A DNA stretch of 64,000 bases. It comes from a virus. Taxonomy: Duplodnaviria; Caudoviricetes. Below the pieces are notes generated by a model that made no database searches, was not told where the DNA came from, and was given only the letters and a program-made list of their open reading frames with translations. Position numbers and translations under genes: made by a program. Below, piece by piece: positions 1 through 8,518 of this stretch. Location: the IMG/VR virus record IMGVR_UViG_3300033070_001497, positions 32,001 to 96,000 of that record; one strand, 5' to 3'. Numbering within the stretch: the stretch's first letter is position 1; the number at the start of each line of letters is the position of its first letter.

Positions 1-31
1 CTTCGAATCAAGGATCCAAACTTTTGACAGG

Positions 32-430
32 ATGAGGAAATCAAGCGGAGTGAGAATCGGTAGCGAATGGGATGCGATCATCCTCAGGCCTATCATGATC
101 GGATGGAACGTCGAAGAACAGATCACGAATTCCAGGACGTCGACGACGACCTTCGTGAAGATGGGCAAGATCCACCACAGGGCCGAGCCGTCGAAGATCT
201 ACATCACGTTCTACGAGTTCAACAGGCGCACCATGCCCAGCGAACCGAGGTTCCGAGTGAAAGCTGGCAGGAACGTGCAGCCATGTGAGGGTCTCCACTC
301 TTTCAACGACCTGAAATCGGCCACTGACTACATCACGTACCTGGCCGATTCGACAGATCGTTGGATCGAGAAAGTGAACTCCGACGAGACGGTCACCGCG
401 TACGAGAAACGATTCCCGCTCGAACAGTGA
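32..430 (+). CDS. hypothetical protein (frame is open to the window edge, so the true start is uncertain)
   Basis: Genome-typical codon usage; its TGA overlaps the GTG start of the next gene (GTGA at 427-430). Confidence 0.65.
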   Translation: MRKSSGVRIGSEWDAIILRPIMIGWNVEEQITNSRTSTTTFVKMGKIHHRAEPSKIYITFYEFNRRTMPSEPRFRVKAGRNVQPCEGLHSFNDLKSATDYITYLADSTDRWIEKVNSDETVTAYEKRFPLEQ

Positions 431-864
431 TCATCTACCAAGGGACTCCACAGGGCCATAACGCATGGATCGCTGGCTTATTGGCCAGCGAGCTTGGGTG
501 CGAGCAGAGGAACATCGCTGATGGCCCAAAATGGGCGGCAGAGAACCCCAAGAGGGTGATCATGATCGTGCCGGAATGGAACGGATCCTTTCCATTCACG
601 TTCAAGCAGATGATCGATGAATCCGGGTACCCATCGTTCTTCAGTGGGATGGGATTCGCAATAGTAGGAACGTCGTCCTCGCCATTGGGCAACATGGTCG
701 GGATCTCACACCTGAGCCACATACTTCAGTTCGTTGGAGCGCTGCCGTTCCACAAGTGTATCGCGCTGCCTGACGTCAGCTCGGAATCGCCGAAGCTCGC
801 CAACTTCGCTTCCTACTCCGGTCAGACCCTGGCCGAGTCGCTCAAAAAGAGTTTCCTCGGATAG
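427..864 (+). CDS. NAD(P)H-dependent FMN reductase / flavodoxin-like protein
   Basis: IVPEWNGSFPFTFKQMID resembles the FMN_red motif PEYNGSxPxxLKNxxD. Start re-called at GTG 427 (coupled to the upstream stop) instead of 361. Confidence 0.7.
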   Translation: MIIYQGTPQGHNAWIAGLLASELGCEQRNIADGPKWAAENPKRVIMIVPEWNGSFPFTFKQMIDESGYPSFFSGMGFAIVGTSSSPLGNMVGISHLSHILQFVGALPFHKCIALPDVSSESPKLANFASYSGQTLAESLKKSFLG

Positions 865-875
865 CCAGAAAGGTG

Positions 876-883
876 TAGATTTG
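876..883 (+). promoter_or_regulatory. Bacteroidota-type -7 promoter element (TAnnTTTG)
   Basis: TAGATTTG(CA) in the short intergenic gap, ending 5 nt before the ligase ATG. Confidence 0.5.
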
Positions 884-888
884 CACCC

Positions 889-2775
889 ATGGCAGAAGCA
901 ACCGCAGTCTCGCACCTCGAGAAGCTCGAGGGCGAGTACCTTCAGGCCAAACAGGCCTACTACAACGGTGCTCCGATCATGACGGACGCCGAGTTCGACG
1001 AGCTCGAGGATCAGCTTGTGGCTCTCAATTCCACAGTCACCACGAAAGTAGGTGCGGTCGGAAGCTACGACCGCAAGCACCCTTCGCCGATGCTCTCGCT
1101 CTCGAAGATCATGGTGATGGAAGACGACAAGCTGCCGATCGAGCAGTTCGAGAAATGGGCGTCCAAGGTGCCCGGGCCCACGCAATTCGAATACACACCC
1201 AAGCTGGATGGCTCATCGTGCAACTTGGTCTACATCAACGGCCAACTCGATTCAGCCATAACTCGAGGAGACGGCATCCATGGCACGGACATCACCGCCA
1301 AGATGCGGATGATCGTGCCGCACTCGATCTCGTGCACCGACCGAGTGGAGATCCGAGGCGAGGTGGTCATCAGGTCTGACATCTTCGCTCTGAAGTACCA
1401 GAAGGATTACAAGAACCCAAGGAACTTTGTGGCCGGTGTGTTGGGCCGCAAGGAGGACTTCGACGAGGCGAAGGACTTCACCTTCATCGCCTTCGAGGCG
1501 AGGATCCACAAGGATGGTGAGATCCAGTATGTGAAGATCGAAAGCGTCGATGGGAACGGCAACGTCGGAAGCTCCAATTTCAACCTCCCATACAGCTTCA
1601 TCGCGACGGCCAATGAATTCGATAAGGCATATCGGACGATGCTCTCGCATCGCATCGATTCATCCCTATTCCAGCTCGATGGATTCGTCGTCAAGTATCC
1701 ATACATCCATCGGGCCGATCTCGGAGAAAATGACCACGACCCAAACTGGGCAGTGGCCATCAAATTCCCACCGAAGGAAGCGATCACCGACGTGATCGGG
1801 CTCGAGTGGAACGTTGGATCCACATCAGAACTCTGCCCAGTGGCGGTGCTGAGGCCGGTGTTCCTCGATGGAACCGAGGTCTCACGGGTGTCAGTCTACA
1901 ACTACGGCAATGTCTCCAAGCTCGGCCTCTATCCGGGTGCAAGAGTGGCCATTGCCAAGTCTGGCGACATCATCCCGATCGTCAAGCGTGTGATCACACC
2001 GAGCACCAATGGGTCGGCGCCAGCCAGGTGCACATGTGGATCCGTCACAGAGATCGATGGCATCCACGTCTATTGCACAGGCGACACATGCGGAGATCGT
2101 GACCTGGTCAAGATCCGTCGAGGCCTCACTCTCCTCGGCGTCAAGAACTTCGGCGACAGCACGGTAGAGCGCCTGATGCAAGCCGGGATCAAGCGCATCC
2201 AGGACTACTTCGACGCTTCGAAGTTCAACAAGCTGGCGCTCATCAACAGCGGTCTCTTCAAGCCAGGACGCTCGCTCGACATCATTTTCGATTCCTTCAA
2301 CGAGCGCAAGCCACTCACACTTGACCTCGCTATCGTGATCCTCCAGTTCGACGGCGTCGGTCGAACGATCTCGAAGGCCATCGCCCAGCACATGGTCGGC
2401 GGCACACCTGACTTCAGTGGTATGACCAAGGAGGTGCTCGCAAGGATGCTGAGCCCGATCTCGGAAGAATCTCGAGCGGTGCGCGCGTTCCTCACTTTGC
2501 TCTCCGACAACGGGCACAAGGTCGAGAACCCCAAGAAGGTGAGCGCAGATGCCATCAAGATCGAGATGACCGGTTCACCGAAACCGCACTGGAACACGAA
2601 AGACGCGCTCATGGCCGAGCTCGCTGCCAAGAATGTGATCCACCATGGCCTCAAGCCAGACACCACCTACCTGGTCACAGACGACAAGAACTCCACTTCA
2701 TCCAAGATGGCCAAAGCCGCCAAACTCGGAGTCAAGGTGATCACCTACGCTGAGCTCAAATCCATCATCGCATAG
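889..2775 (+). CDS. ligA: NAD-dependent DNA ligase
   Basis: N-terminal YY...DAEFD, HPSPMLSL, adenylation motif KLDG, TRGDG, EIRGE, NPRN, DGFVVK, WAVAIKF, GDIIP, Cys4 zinc finger and C-terminal BRCT (TG...SSKMAKAAKLGV). Confidence 0.97.
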   Translation: MAEATAVSHLEKLEGEYLQAKQAYYNGAPIMTDAEFDELEDQLVALNSTVTTKVGAVGSYDRKHPSPMLSLSKIMVMEDDKLPIEQFEKWASKVPGPTQFEYTPKLDGSSCNLVYINGQLDSAITRGDGIHGTDITAKMRMIVPHSISCTDRVEIRGEVVIRSDIFALKYQKDYKNPRNFVAGVLGRKEDFDEAKDFTFIAFEARIHKDGEIQYVKIESVDGNGNVGSSNFNLPYSFIATANEFDKAYRTMLSHRIDSSLFQLDGFVVKYPYIHRADLGENDHDPNWAVAIKFPPKEAITDVIGLEWNVGSTSELCPVAVLRPVFLDGTEVSRVSVYNYGNVSKLGLYPGARVAIAKSGDIIPIVKRVITPSTNGSAPARCTCGSVTEIDGIHVYCTGDTCGDRDLVKIRRGLTLLGVKNFGDSTVERLMQAGIKRIQDYFDASKFNKLALINSGLFKPGRSLDIIFDSFNERKPLTLDLAIVILQFDGVGRTISKAIAQHMVGGTPDFSGMTKEVLARMLSPISEESRAVRAFLTLLSDNGHKVENPKKVSADAIKIEMTGSPKPHWNTKDALMAELAAKNVIHHGLKPDTTYLVTDDKNSTSSKMAKAAKLGVKVITYAELKSIIA

Positions 2776-2778
2776 CAC

Positions 2779-3351
2779 TTGAAAGGGAAGAGAATCGTGA
2801 AGGTGTGGACCACTGCTGATCTGAAAATCATCAGGGACAACTGGAGAACGCAAACCGACGACGAGTTAGCGGTTGCGCTTGGAGTATCCTATAAAGCGCT
2901 ACAGGCTCAGAGGTTGCGGATCGGCATCAACAGGCCACCCAACTGTTCAGGCCTTGTCAGGGCCAAAATGGCTCCCAAGAAACCGTCACCTAAGAAGGGA
3001 AAGCCTTTCACTTCCACCAGAAAGGGGAGAAAGATGAGGATGATCAGCGTCTTCTATCCTGACGGAACGAAGAAGACCATGACCTATGGGAAGTACCTGT
3101 GGATCAGAGAGAATGGTCCGCTTTCGGAAGGCAAAGAGCTGATGTTCCTGGACGGAAACGCTCTCAACACGAAAATGAGCAACCTGGCTCCGATGACTCG
3201 CAGCGAGGGAGCCCGGTACACACAGCTCAGAAGATCCACTGAGGAGAGGAGAGCCGCAGCGGCAAGGATGGTGGCGAAGCAAAAAAAGGCTAAGATGCTA
3301 CGGCTGTATCTCGAACACAAGCCCTACGAGTTCAAAAGAGAAGCCGCTTGA
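2779..3351 (+). CDS. HNH-family endonuclease-like basic protein
   Basis: WIRENGPLSEGKELMFLDGNALNTKMSNL matches the phage HNH_3-like pattern; HTH-like N-terminus (WTTADL...DDELAVALGVS); TTG start. Confidence 0.65.
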   Translation: MKGKRIVKVWTTADLKIIRDNWRTQTDDELAVALGVSYKALQAQRLRIGINRPPNCSGLVRAKMAPKKPSPKKGKPFTSTRKGRKMRMISVFYPDGTKKTMTYGKYLWIRENGPLSEGKELMFLDGNALNTKMSNLAPMTRSEGARYTQLRRSTEERRAAAARMVAKQKKAKMLRLYLEHKPYEFKREAA

Positions 3352-3355
3352 TCAG

Positions 3356-3380
3356 AAGTTGATCTGGGAGATCGGTTTTT
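3356..3380 (+). terminator. possible intrinsic terminator between convergent genes
   Basis: GATCT-GGG-AGATC core hairpin, extendable with G-U pairs, followed by GGTTTTT. Confidence 0.35.
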
Positions 3381-3425
3381 GCTTCGATGAATGGCGCTTC
3401 AAGGATTGGAACGTATCGATCCCAA

Positions 3426-3860
3426 TCAATTGTCTGCTAGCTCATCCAGCTTCTTGTCAGAGATCACGATGTTGTCGGTCGGCTTGCCGTTGACAGTGGC
3501 CGAGAAGTAAGCGAAGAGGAAAGTCTTCGTCTGGTACACCTCGACCGTGATGTTCTTACCGGCGTGGCAAGGATCCGACAGGTCGAACTTCTTGATGCGA
3601 TCCGCCTTCTCCTTGTCGATGAGTTCCATGAACATACCGATCCCGTCCTCATCGTTCAGGTTATTGGCGTGTGCGAGCTCCTCTGGCTTGAGGTGTAGAG
3701 CCTTAGAGATCGAGTTCATGATCGCCTCACTCTTGGCCTTGTCTCCTCCCTCAAACACCTCATCGGTCGCTTCCTTCAAGTCAGTCCACTGACGGAGCGC
3801 GATGTCGGCAAATGATTCGTTGAGCTTGCGGTATTCGTCCAACCTGAGGAGGCGTCCCAT
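3426..3860 (-). CDS. hypothetical protein, possible head-packaged internal protein
   Basis: Only convincing minus-strand gene. It fills a gap, is preceded by ATAGATA (3891-3897, minus strand), and its N-terminus LLRLDEYRKLNE resembles a capsid-targeting sequence. Confidence 0.75.
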   Translation of the reverse strand: MGRLLRLDEYRKLNESFADIALRQWTDLKEATDEVFEGGDKAKSEAIMNSISKALHLKPEELAHANNLNDEDGIGMFMELIDKEKADRIKKFDLSDPCHAGKNITVEVYQTKTFLFAYFSATVNGKPTDNIVISDKKLDELADN

Positions 3861-3890
3861 GGCAGTAAGGTGTTTGGTTCGTAAGTCCGA

Positions 3891-3897
3891 TATCTAT
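3891..3897 (-). promoter_or_regulatory. putative late promoter ATAGATA
   Basis: TATCTAT on +, 30 nt upstream of the minus-strand ATG at 3860. Confidence 0.6.
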
Positions 3898-3947
3898 CGC
3901 CAGCTGGATTCTACTGGCATAGGATAGCTGTAAACATAGCAATTTGC

Positions 3948-4760
3948 ATGACACGGAGAAAATCCTTCAGTGGGGTCAGCTATGACCACCTCTACCATGA
4001 GATCCTGGACGAGATCGATCGCAATCCCGAGTACTCTGGCGAGGCCAGGGGCAAGGGCTTCAAGGAGATCAGCAACCTGTCCTTCGAGCTCCTGAACCCA
4101 GTCGACCACTACCAGGTCTTCAATCGAGAGAGGAACTTCAATCTCGGATTCGCCGAGAAGTTCTTCGCGTGGATGATGTCCGGCGATTCCGATATCACGA
4201 AGCTCACTGGGGTTAACCCGAACGCCAAGAACTACATGGCAGAAGGCGAGCTCCCAGACAACTTCAACACGGCGTATGGACCGAGGATAGTTCGCCAGCT
4301 CCCAAGGGTCATCCAGCTCCTGAAAGAGGACCCAGGGACCAGGAGGGCAGTGATCCACATCCTCGAGGAAGGCGACAAGGTGATCTGGGACGTGGAGACC
4401 AAGCTCGAATACCCTTGCACACACGCTTACCAGTTCATGATCAGGGATGGGGCCCTCAACCTCTATGTCCTGATGCGATCGAACAACATGGTCCTGACCG
4501 TGTGCTACGATGTGTGGAATACGGCCAAGCTGCTGCAACACGTCGCGAAGGAGGTTGGTGTCGATGTGGGCACGCTCAACTTCAATTGCACGTCGGCCCA
4601 CTTCTTCTCTGACGAACAGGAGCTCGTGACGAAGGTCCTGCGATCATGGCGAGCTGAACAAAAATACTACGGTGTACAGGCCGAAAGGCTGGCAGCTGAC
4701 ATAGATTCCCAGATCCTTTCTGACATGCTTAAAGAAATCCAAGACGAAACCCAACAATGA
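3948..4760 (+). CDS. thymidylate synthase-fold nucleotide-modifying enzyme (dCMP hydroxymethylase-like, atypical)
   Basis: AYGPRI, DPGTRRAV, catalytic YPC, QFMIRDG, MRSN, SAHFF. Asp at the TS Asn177-equivalent position (RSNNMVLTVCYD) points to dCMP specificity. Confidence 0.85.
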   Translation: MTRRKSFSGVSYDHLYHEILDEIDRNPEYSGEARGKGFKEISNLSFELLNPVDHYQVFNRERNFNLGFAEKFFAWMMSGDSDITKLTGVNPNAKNYMAEGELPDNFNTAYGPRIVRQLPRVIQLLKEDPGTRRAVIHILEEGDKVIWDVETKLEYPCTHAYQFMIRDGALNLYVLMRSNNMVLTVCYDVWNTAKLLQHVAKEVGVDVGTLNFNCTSAHFFSDEQELVTKVLRSWRAEQKYYGVQAERLAADIDSQILSDMLKEIQDETQQ

Positions 4761-6049
4761 AGATCTTCTACGCTGTCCAGATGTCCAACTTCACGTTGGA
4801 CAACGGCACTCCCAAGTGGCTCATGCGCAACGATGCTTGTGTCAACATCTGTGTCGGCATCGTCTCGACGCTGCTCGAGCGGTACCCAGACTTCAGCTTT
4901 CTCATCAAGCTGCCACCGGCAGCTGATACCTCCGATGTGAAGAACCTCGATGACCTGTTCGAGGCAAAATACCTCAGCAGGATCGAGTTCTATCGGGAGA
5001 CGATCCCAGTCTCGCCGGTCACGAGCAGGTTCAACTTTGACTTCGGCTTCCACCAGAAGCACGCAACCGAGTTCAAGGACGTGGACGTGATGATCAATGA
5101 CGAGAACACTCTCGCGAAGAACTGGCGACACTTCTTCAAGTCCATCGGCAAGGACATCCCGATGGTGACTACCAACTACTTCCTAGACTCGCCGATCCTA
5201 CCGAAGAGCGAGTTCAAGCTCAGGTACTATGAGCGCCAGGTGGAGTCCATGTTCTGCTCAGAAGCGTTTGCGTTCCCAGTCGAGGCAGCTATGAAGGATG
5301 CTCTCGAGGCCATCGATCTCCTCTATCGGAACAGGGATGGCATGGGCAAGCCCTTGGTCTGGGGAATCGGCGCTTACTACGGTGAGGTGGCGAAGTACCA
5401 CTCACCAAAGAGGAAGGAGCGTCCCATCATCTACTTCGGCAACAGGATCACGGATTCCGTCAACCGGTACACGAACTGGCACTCGTTCGCTGAGGCTATC
5501 GGTAAGCTCTCCGAACTAGTCGATCCGAGCACGTTCGAGGCGGTGATGCTCAACCCAACCAGGAAGGCCACGAACTCACAGCTGAAGGAGATCAACTACC
5601 TCTCGAAGGGACATGTCAGGGTCATCTCCAACGAAGACGCTGGGTTCACACGAGAGCAGTACCTCAAGTTCATCAACGAGGCCAGCATCTCGTGCAACAT
5701 CTTCACAGGCGAGGTCCATGGCGGGTGCACACACATCGAGGCGATGATGGCTCGCAACATCATGGTGGCTCCAGCGATCAACGACTACCTCCATAAGTAC
5801 AAGGACAGCGGTAAGCTCGATGGTTACCCATTCCTGTTCGAGTGCGATGGGAAGACGATCGACACCGATCTCATGGCACAGAAGCTCCAATTGGCGCTCG
5901 AGGTGGTCAATACTGACGGCGCAAGCACATTACCGTTCTTCGGCCAACTGAACGAGAAGCTCGCGATCGAGTACGAGTCCTATGAGCGCTTCGCTGAGAA
6001 GATCGGTCAGGATTTGTTAGATTTGGTGCCAATGAAAGCGTTGGCCTGA
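4757..6049 (+). CDS. putative GT-B fold glycosyltransferase
   Basis: Two Rossmann-like halves; IIYFGNRI, REQYLKFI and GGCTHIEAMMARNIMVAP resemble the C-terminal sugar-nucleotide-binding region of GT-B enzymes; ATGA-coupled to the TS homologue. Confidence 0.65.
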   Translation: MKIFYAVQMSNFTLDNGTPKWLMRNDACVNICVGIVSTLLERYPDFSFLIKLPPAADTSDVKNLDDLFEAKYLSRIEFYRETIPVSPVTSRFNFDFGFHQKHATEFKDVDVMINDENTLAKNWRHFFKSIGKDIPMVTTNYFLDSPILPKSEFKLRYYERQVESMFCSEAFAFPVEAAMKDALEAIDLLYRNRDGMGKPLVWGIGAYYGEVAKYHSPKRKERPIIYFGNRITDSVNRYTNWHSFAEAIGKLSELVDPSTFEAVMLNPTRKATNSQLKEINYLSKGHVRVISNEDAGFTREQYLKFINEASISCNIFTGEVHGGCTHIEAMMARNIMVAPAINDYLHKYKDSGKLDGYPFLFECDGKTIDTDLMAQKLQLALEVVNTDGASTLPFFGQLNEKLAIEYESYERFAEKIGQDLLDLVPMKALA

Positions 6050-6564
6050 TGGCAAGGATCATCATACTCGACGGTCCTAGCAGGACCGGTAAGAGCACGA
6101 TCACAGATTACCTGTGCAACACCTTCGGGTGGAAGCACGTTCAGATCGAGGAGCGTAGGCCTAAGGGCTACGACCTGAGGTCATTCTACAAGGGCATCTG
6201 GGACGCGACGGTGTCCGTGCTGAACCAGTTCAACGACGAGACGTTCGTGATGGACAGGTTCATCTTCACTGAGCTGGCCTATGCCAAGGTCCTCAACCGT
6301 GAACCTTGCATCACAAGGGATGATGTCTTGGGCGTGCTCATCAACCACGAAGTCAAGGTGTTCTACCTGACCAACACGTACGACGAGTACAGGCAACGCT
6401 CGCCCAAGGAAGGCTACACCAGGAAACAGCACGACGACCTGCTGAAAGCGTTCGAGGACCTGTTCTTCGAGTTCAACGTGGAGCCGATAAGGATAGCGAC
6501 TTCTGGGGTTGGCATCGACCAAATTCGGGAGCGCATAGAAGACGAACTTGTAGCAAGCGAATGA
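6049..6564 (+). CDS. deoxynucleoside monophosphate kinase (thymidylate kinase-like)
   Basis: P-loop IILDGPSRTGKST and VMDRFIFTELAY (DRxxxSxxAY-like) motif. Confidence 0.85.
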   Translation: MARIIILDGPSRTGKSTITDYLCNTFGWKHVQIEERRPKGYDLRSFYKGIWDATVSVLNQFNDETFVMDRFIFTELAYAKVLNREPCITRDDVLGVLINHEVKVFYLTNTYDEYRQRSPKEGYTRKQHDDLLKAFEDLFFEFNVEPIRIATSGVGIDQIRERIEDELVASE

Positions 6565-6971
6565 GAGCAACGATCATCTATGGAGCGGATGTGCCAGGAA
6601 TCGGCATGTCGATGGTAAGGAACGCCATTTCCCGTGGCAGCTACGTCTTTGGCATCCAAGGGTTGGAGAACCCAGAGCCGATCATCGACGATGAGAACTA
6701 CAACTGCCTTAGCATCGAGCTCGATGATACCGAGACGATGATCCATGCCATGAAATCGATCTGCGATGATGCATCGGTCAAGGTGGAAGAGGTAGTCTAC
6801 GTCGAGACTGGCAAACCGATGGCAGACAACGCTCTCAAGGCGATCTTCAAGAGCTACTGCGACTCTTACCTCGAAGGAGCGGCATTCTTGGACTCTTCAC
6901 ACCCAATCGCTAGGGCGCATGGCGATCCTGTCGGTCTAACAGGGCCAAATGGCCCTTCTGGCAAGGAGTAG
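6561..6971 (+). CDS. hypothetical protein with truncated SDR-like Rossmann N-terminus
   Basis: ATIIYGADVPGIGMSMVRNAISRGSYVFG resembles SDR TGxxxGIG; only 136 aa. Confidence 0.55.
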   Translation: MRATIIYGADVPGIGMSMVRNAISRGSYVFGIQGLENPEPIIDDENYNCLSIELDDTETMIHAMKSICDDASVKVEEVVYVETGKPMADNALKAIFKSYCDSYLEGAAFLDSSHPIARAHGDPVGLTGPNGPSGKE

Positions 6972-7014
6972 TTCTCGGTTTGAGGGGTGGGTGTTACATT
7001 AGCGCCCAAGGCGC

Positions 7015-7641
7015 ATGAACATCTTCGTACTCGATAGGAACGCGATCACCGCTGCTGAGCAGCACTGCGACAAACACGTCCGCAAGATGGTGATCGAGTC
7101 AGCCCAGATGCTGACCACTGCATACTACTTTGGCGCTGGGATCAAAAGCAACAAAGCGGCCGATGCCAGGCGTTCGGACATCCATGACATCTTCGGTGGT
7201 TTTCCACGAGTGGACGACCAGGGCAAGCCTCTCCCATACAGGATCAGCCACCCTGGGCACCCGTGCACCGTATGGACCAGCAAAAGCTTCAACAACTTCG
7301 CCTGGCACCTGCTCCTAGCATCGGCCCTTTCCGAGGAATTCCAGCGGCGTTGGGGCAAGGAGCACGCGGTCAAACCCATACTCGGCTGGATGGCTAAACA
7401 CCCGCCTCCGAGCTCATACGCGTTTGACGAAAGTTTCAACCTCACGCCCTTCGCACAGGCCATGCCAGAATGCTTCAGGGGCCCAGACCCAGTGGAGGCC
7501 TACCGGAGGCTATACCACCACAAAGCCTCGCTATTCGACGTCACATGGAAAGCTCCAAGCACAGCGCCAGATTGGTTCTCGTTTGGCGGTGTACATTCAG
7601 CTAAAGCTACGTTTGCCCTCTCTAACCGAGTTGACCCATGA
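7015..7641 (+). CDS. pyrimidine-dimer DNA glycosylase (DenV/endonuclease V-related family)
   Basis: MNIFVLD...HCDKHVRKMVIESAQML, HPGHPCTVW, TPFAQAMP and DPVEAYR are characteristic motifs. Confidence 0.85.
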   Translation: MNIFVLDRNAITAAEQHCDKHVRKMVIESAQMLTTAYYFGAGIKSNKAADARRSDIHDIFGGFPRVDDQGKPLPYRISHPGHPCTVWTSKSFNNFAWHLLLASALSEEFQRRWGKEHAVKPILGWMAKHPPPSSYAFDESFNLTPFAQAMPECFRGPDPVEAYRRLYHHKASLFDVTWKAPSTAPDWFSFGGVHSAKATFALSNRVDP

Positions 7642-8024
7642 TCATCCAAGAGGAGTTCGGCGACGACGCGTGGAAACTCCTCGTAGGTTGCATCCTGCTC
7701 AACCAGACCAGCAACGTGCAGGTAAGGAGAGTGATCTACTCGCTGTTCGACCGTTGGCCAACTCCTGAGGCGATGAGCAAAGCGGAACCTAAGGAATTGG
7801 CCGATCACATCAGGACGCTAGGGTTCTACAACCGAAGGGCCAAATCGTTGATCCGTTTCTCCACAGAATACATAGCGAAAGACTTCGAGACCGCATCAGA
7901 ATTGCATGCGATCGGGAAATACGGAGACGATTCATTCCAGATGTTCATCAGAGGCAATATGGAAGTGCAGCCGACGGATCGGATCCTTTCGGCTTGGCTC
8001 AAGGGAGAACCTATCCCACAATGA
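7638..8024 (+). CDS. HhH-GPD DNA glycosylase, MBD4-like catalytic domain
   Basis: WKLLVGCILLNQTS, WPTPE, LGFYNRRAKSL, LHAIGKYGDDS and final PTD, as in MBD4 glycosylase domains. Confidence 0.85.
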   Translation: MIIQEEFGDDAWKLLVGCILLNQTSNVQVRRVIYSLFDRWPTPEAMSKAEPKELADHIRTLGFYNRRAKSLIRFSTEYIAKDFETASELHAIGKYGDDSFQMFIRGNMEVQPTDRILSAWLKGEPIPQ

Positions 8025-8518
8025 AAGACATCATCTCCTACGGCGATTTTCTTGAGGGCAGGAACAATGGGGTGCCGAACCAAATCTCGATCGTGATCGA
8101 ATGCGAACGCTTGGCGAAGGCGTTGGGTCAAATCGAACCTTACATCGTTGTAGCGTCTAACTCGAAGGGCCTTGGAATTCCAGAGACCATGACTGTGTTA
8201 GCCAGGATCAGGGACGGCTACCTCGCTTCCAATTCGATCAGGCTTTCGAACCCTGCTTCCATCGATGGCGGCTCACATGATCTCGTGGTCTTCGAAGCGC
8301 ATGTCCAATCAGAAGAATTGGTTAGTGCGCTGAACGAGAGCTTCGGATCTTCCACTCAGAAGCTGATGGCGATCGTGAAGGCGGTCGAACTTGGCTCTGG
8401 GGATACATACGTCTCAAAGCTCAAACAGTCTGGGTTAACCGACATCAGCGCAAAGGCATCGATGTTCAGCTACACCAAATTGAATGGGCACAAATCCTAT
8501 CTCTTCATCAACGCATGA
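8021..8518 (+). CDS. hypothetical protein
   Basis: Start re-called at ATG 8021 (ATGA overlap); N-terminus MKDIISYGDFLE is capsid-targeting-like. Confidence 0.7.
   Translation: MKDIISYGDFLEGRNNGVPNQISIVIECERLAKALGQIEPYIVVASNSKGLGIPETMTVLARIRDGYLASNSIRLSNPASIDGGSHDLVVFEAHVQSEELVSALNESFGSSTQKLMAIVKAVELGSGDTYVSKLKQSGLTDISAKASMFSYTKLNGHKSYLFINA

Noticed and set aside
361-426. Upstream starts given by the ORF track (361, 7994, 15505, 16611, 56673, 60864, 61156, 62369)
   Set aside because: They overlap upstream genes or elements; downstream starts fit better, most of them through translational coupling.
3948-4760. Plain thymidylate synthase (thyA) call
   Set aside because: Asp at the nucleotide-specificity position, altered folate residues and linkage to a glycosyltransferase and kinase argue against it.
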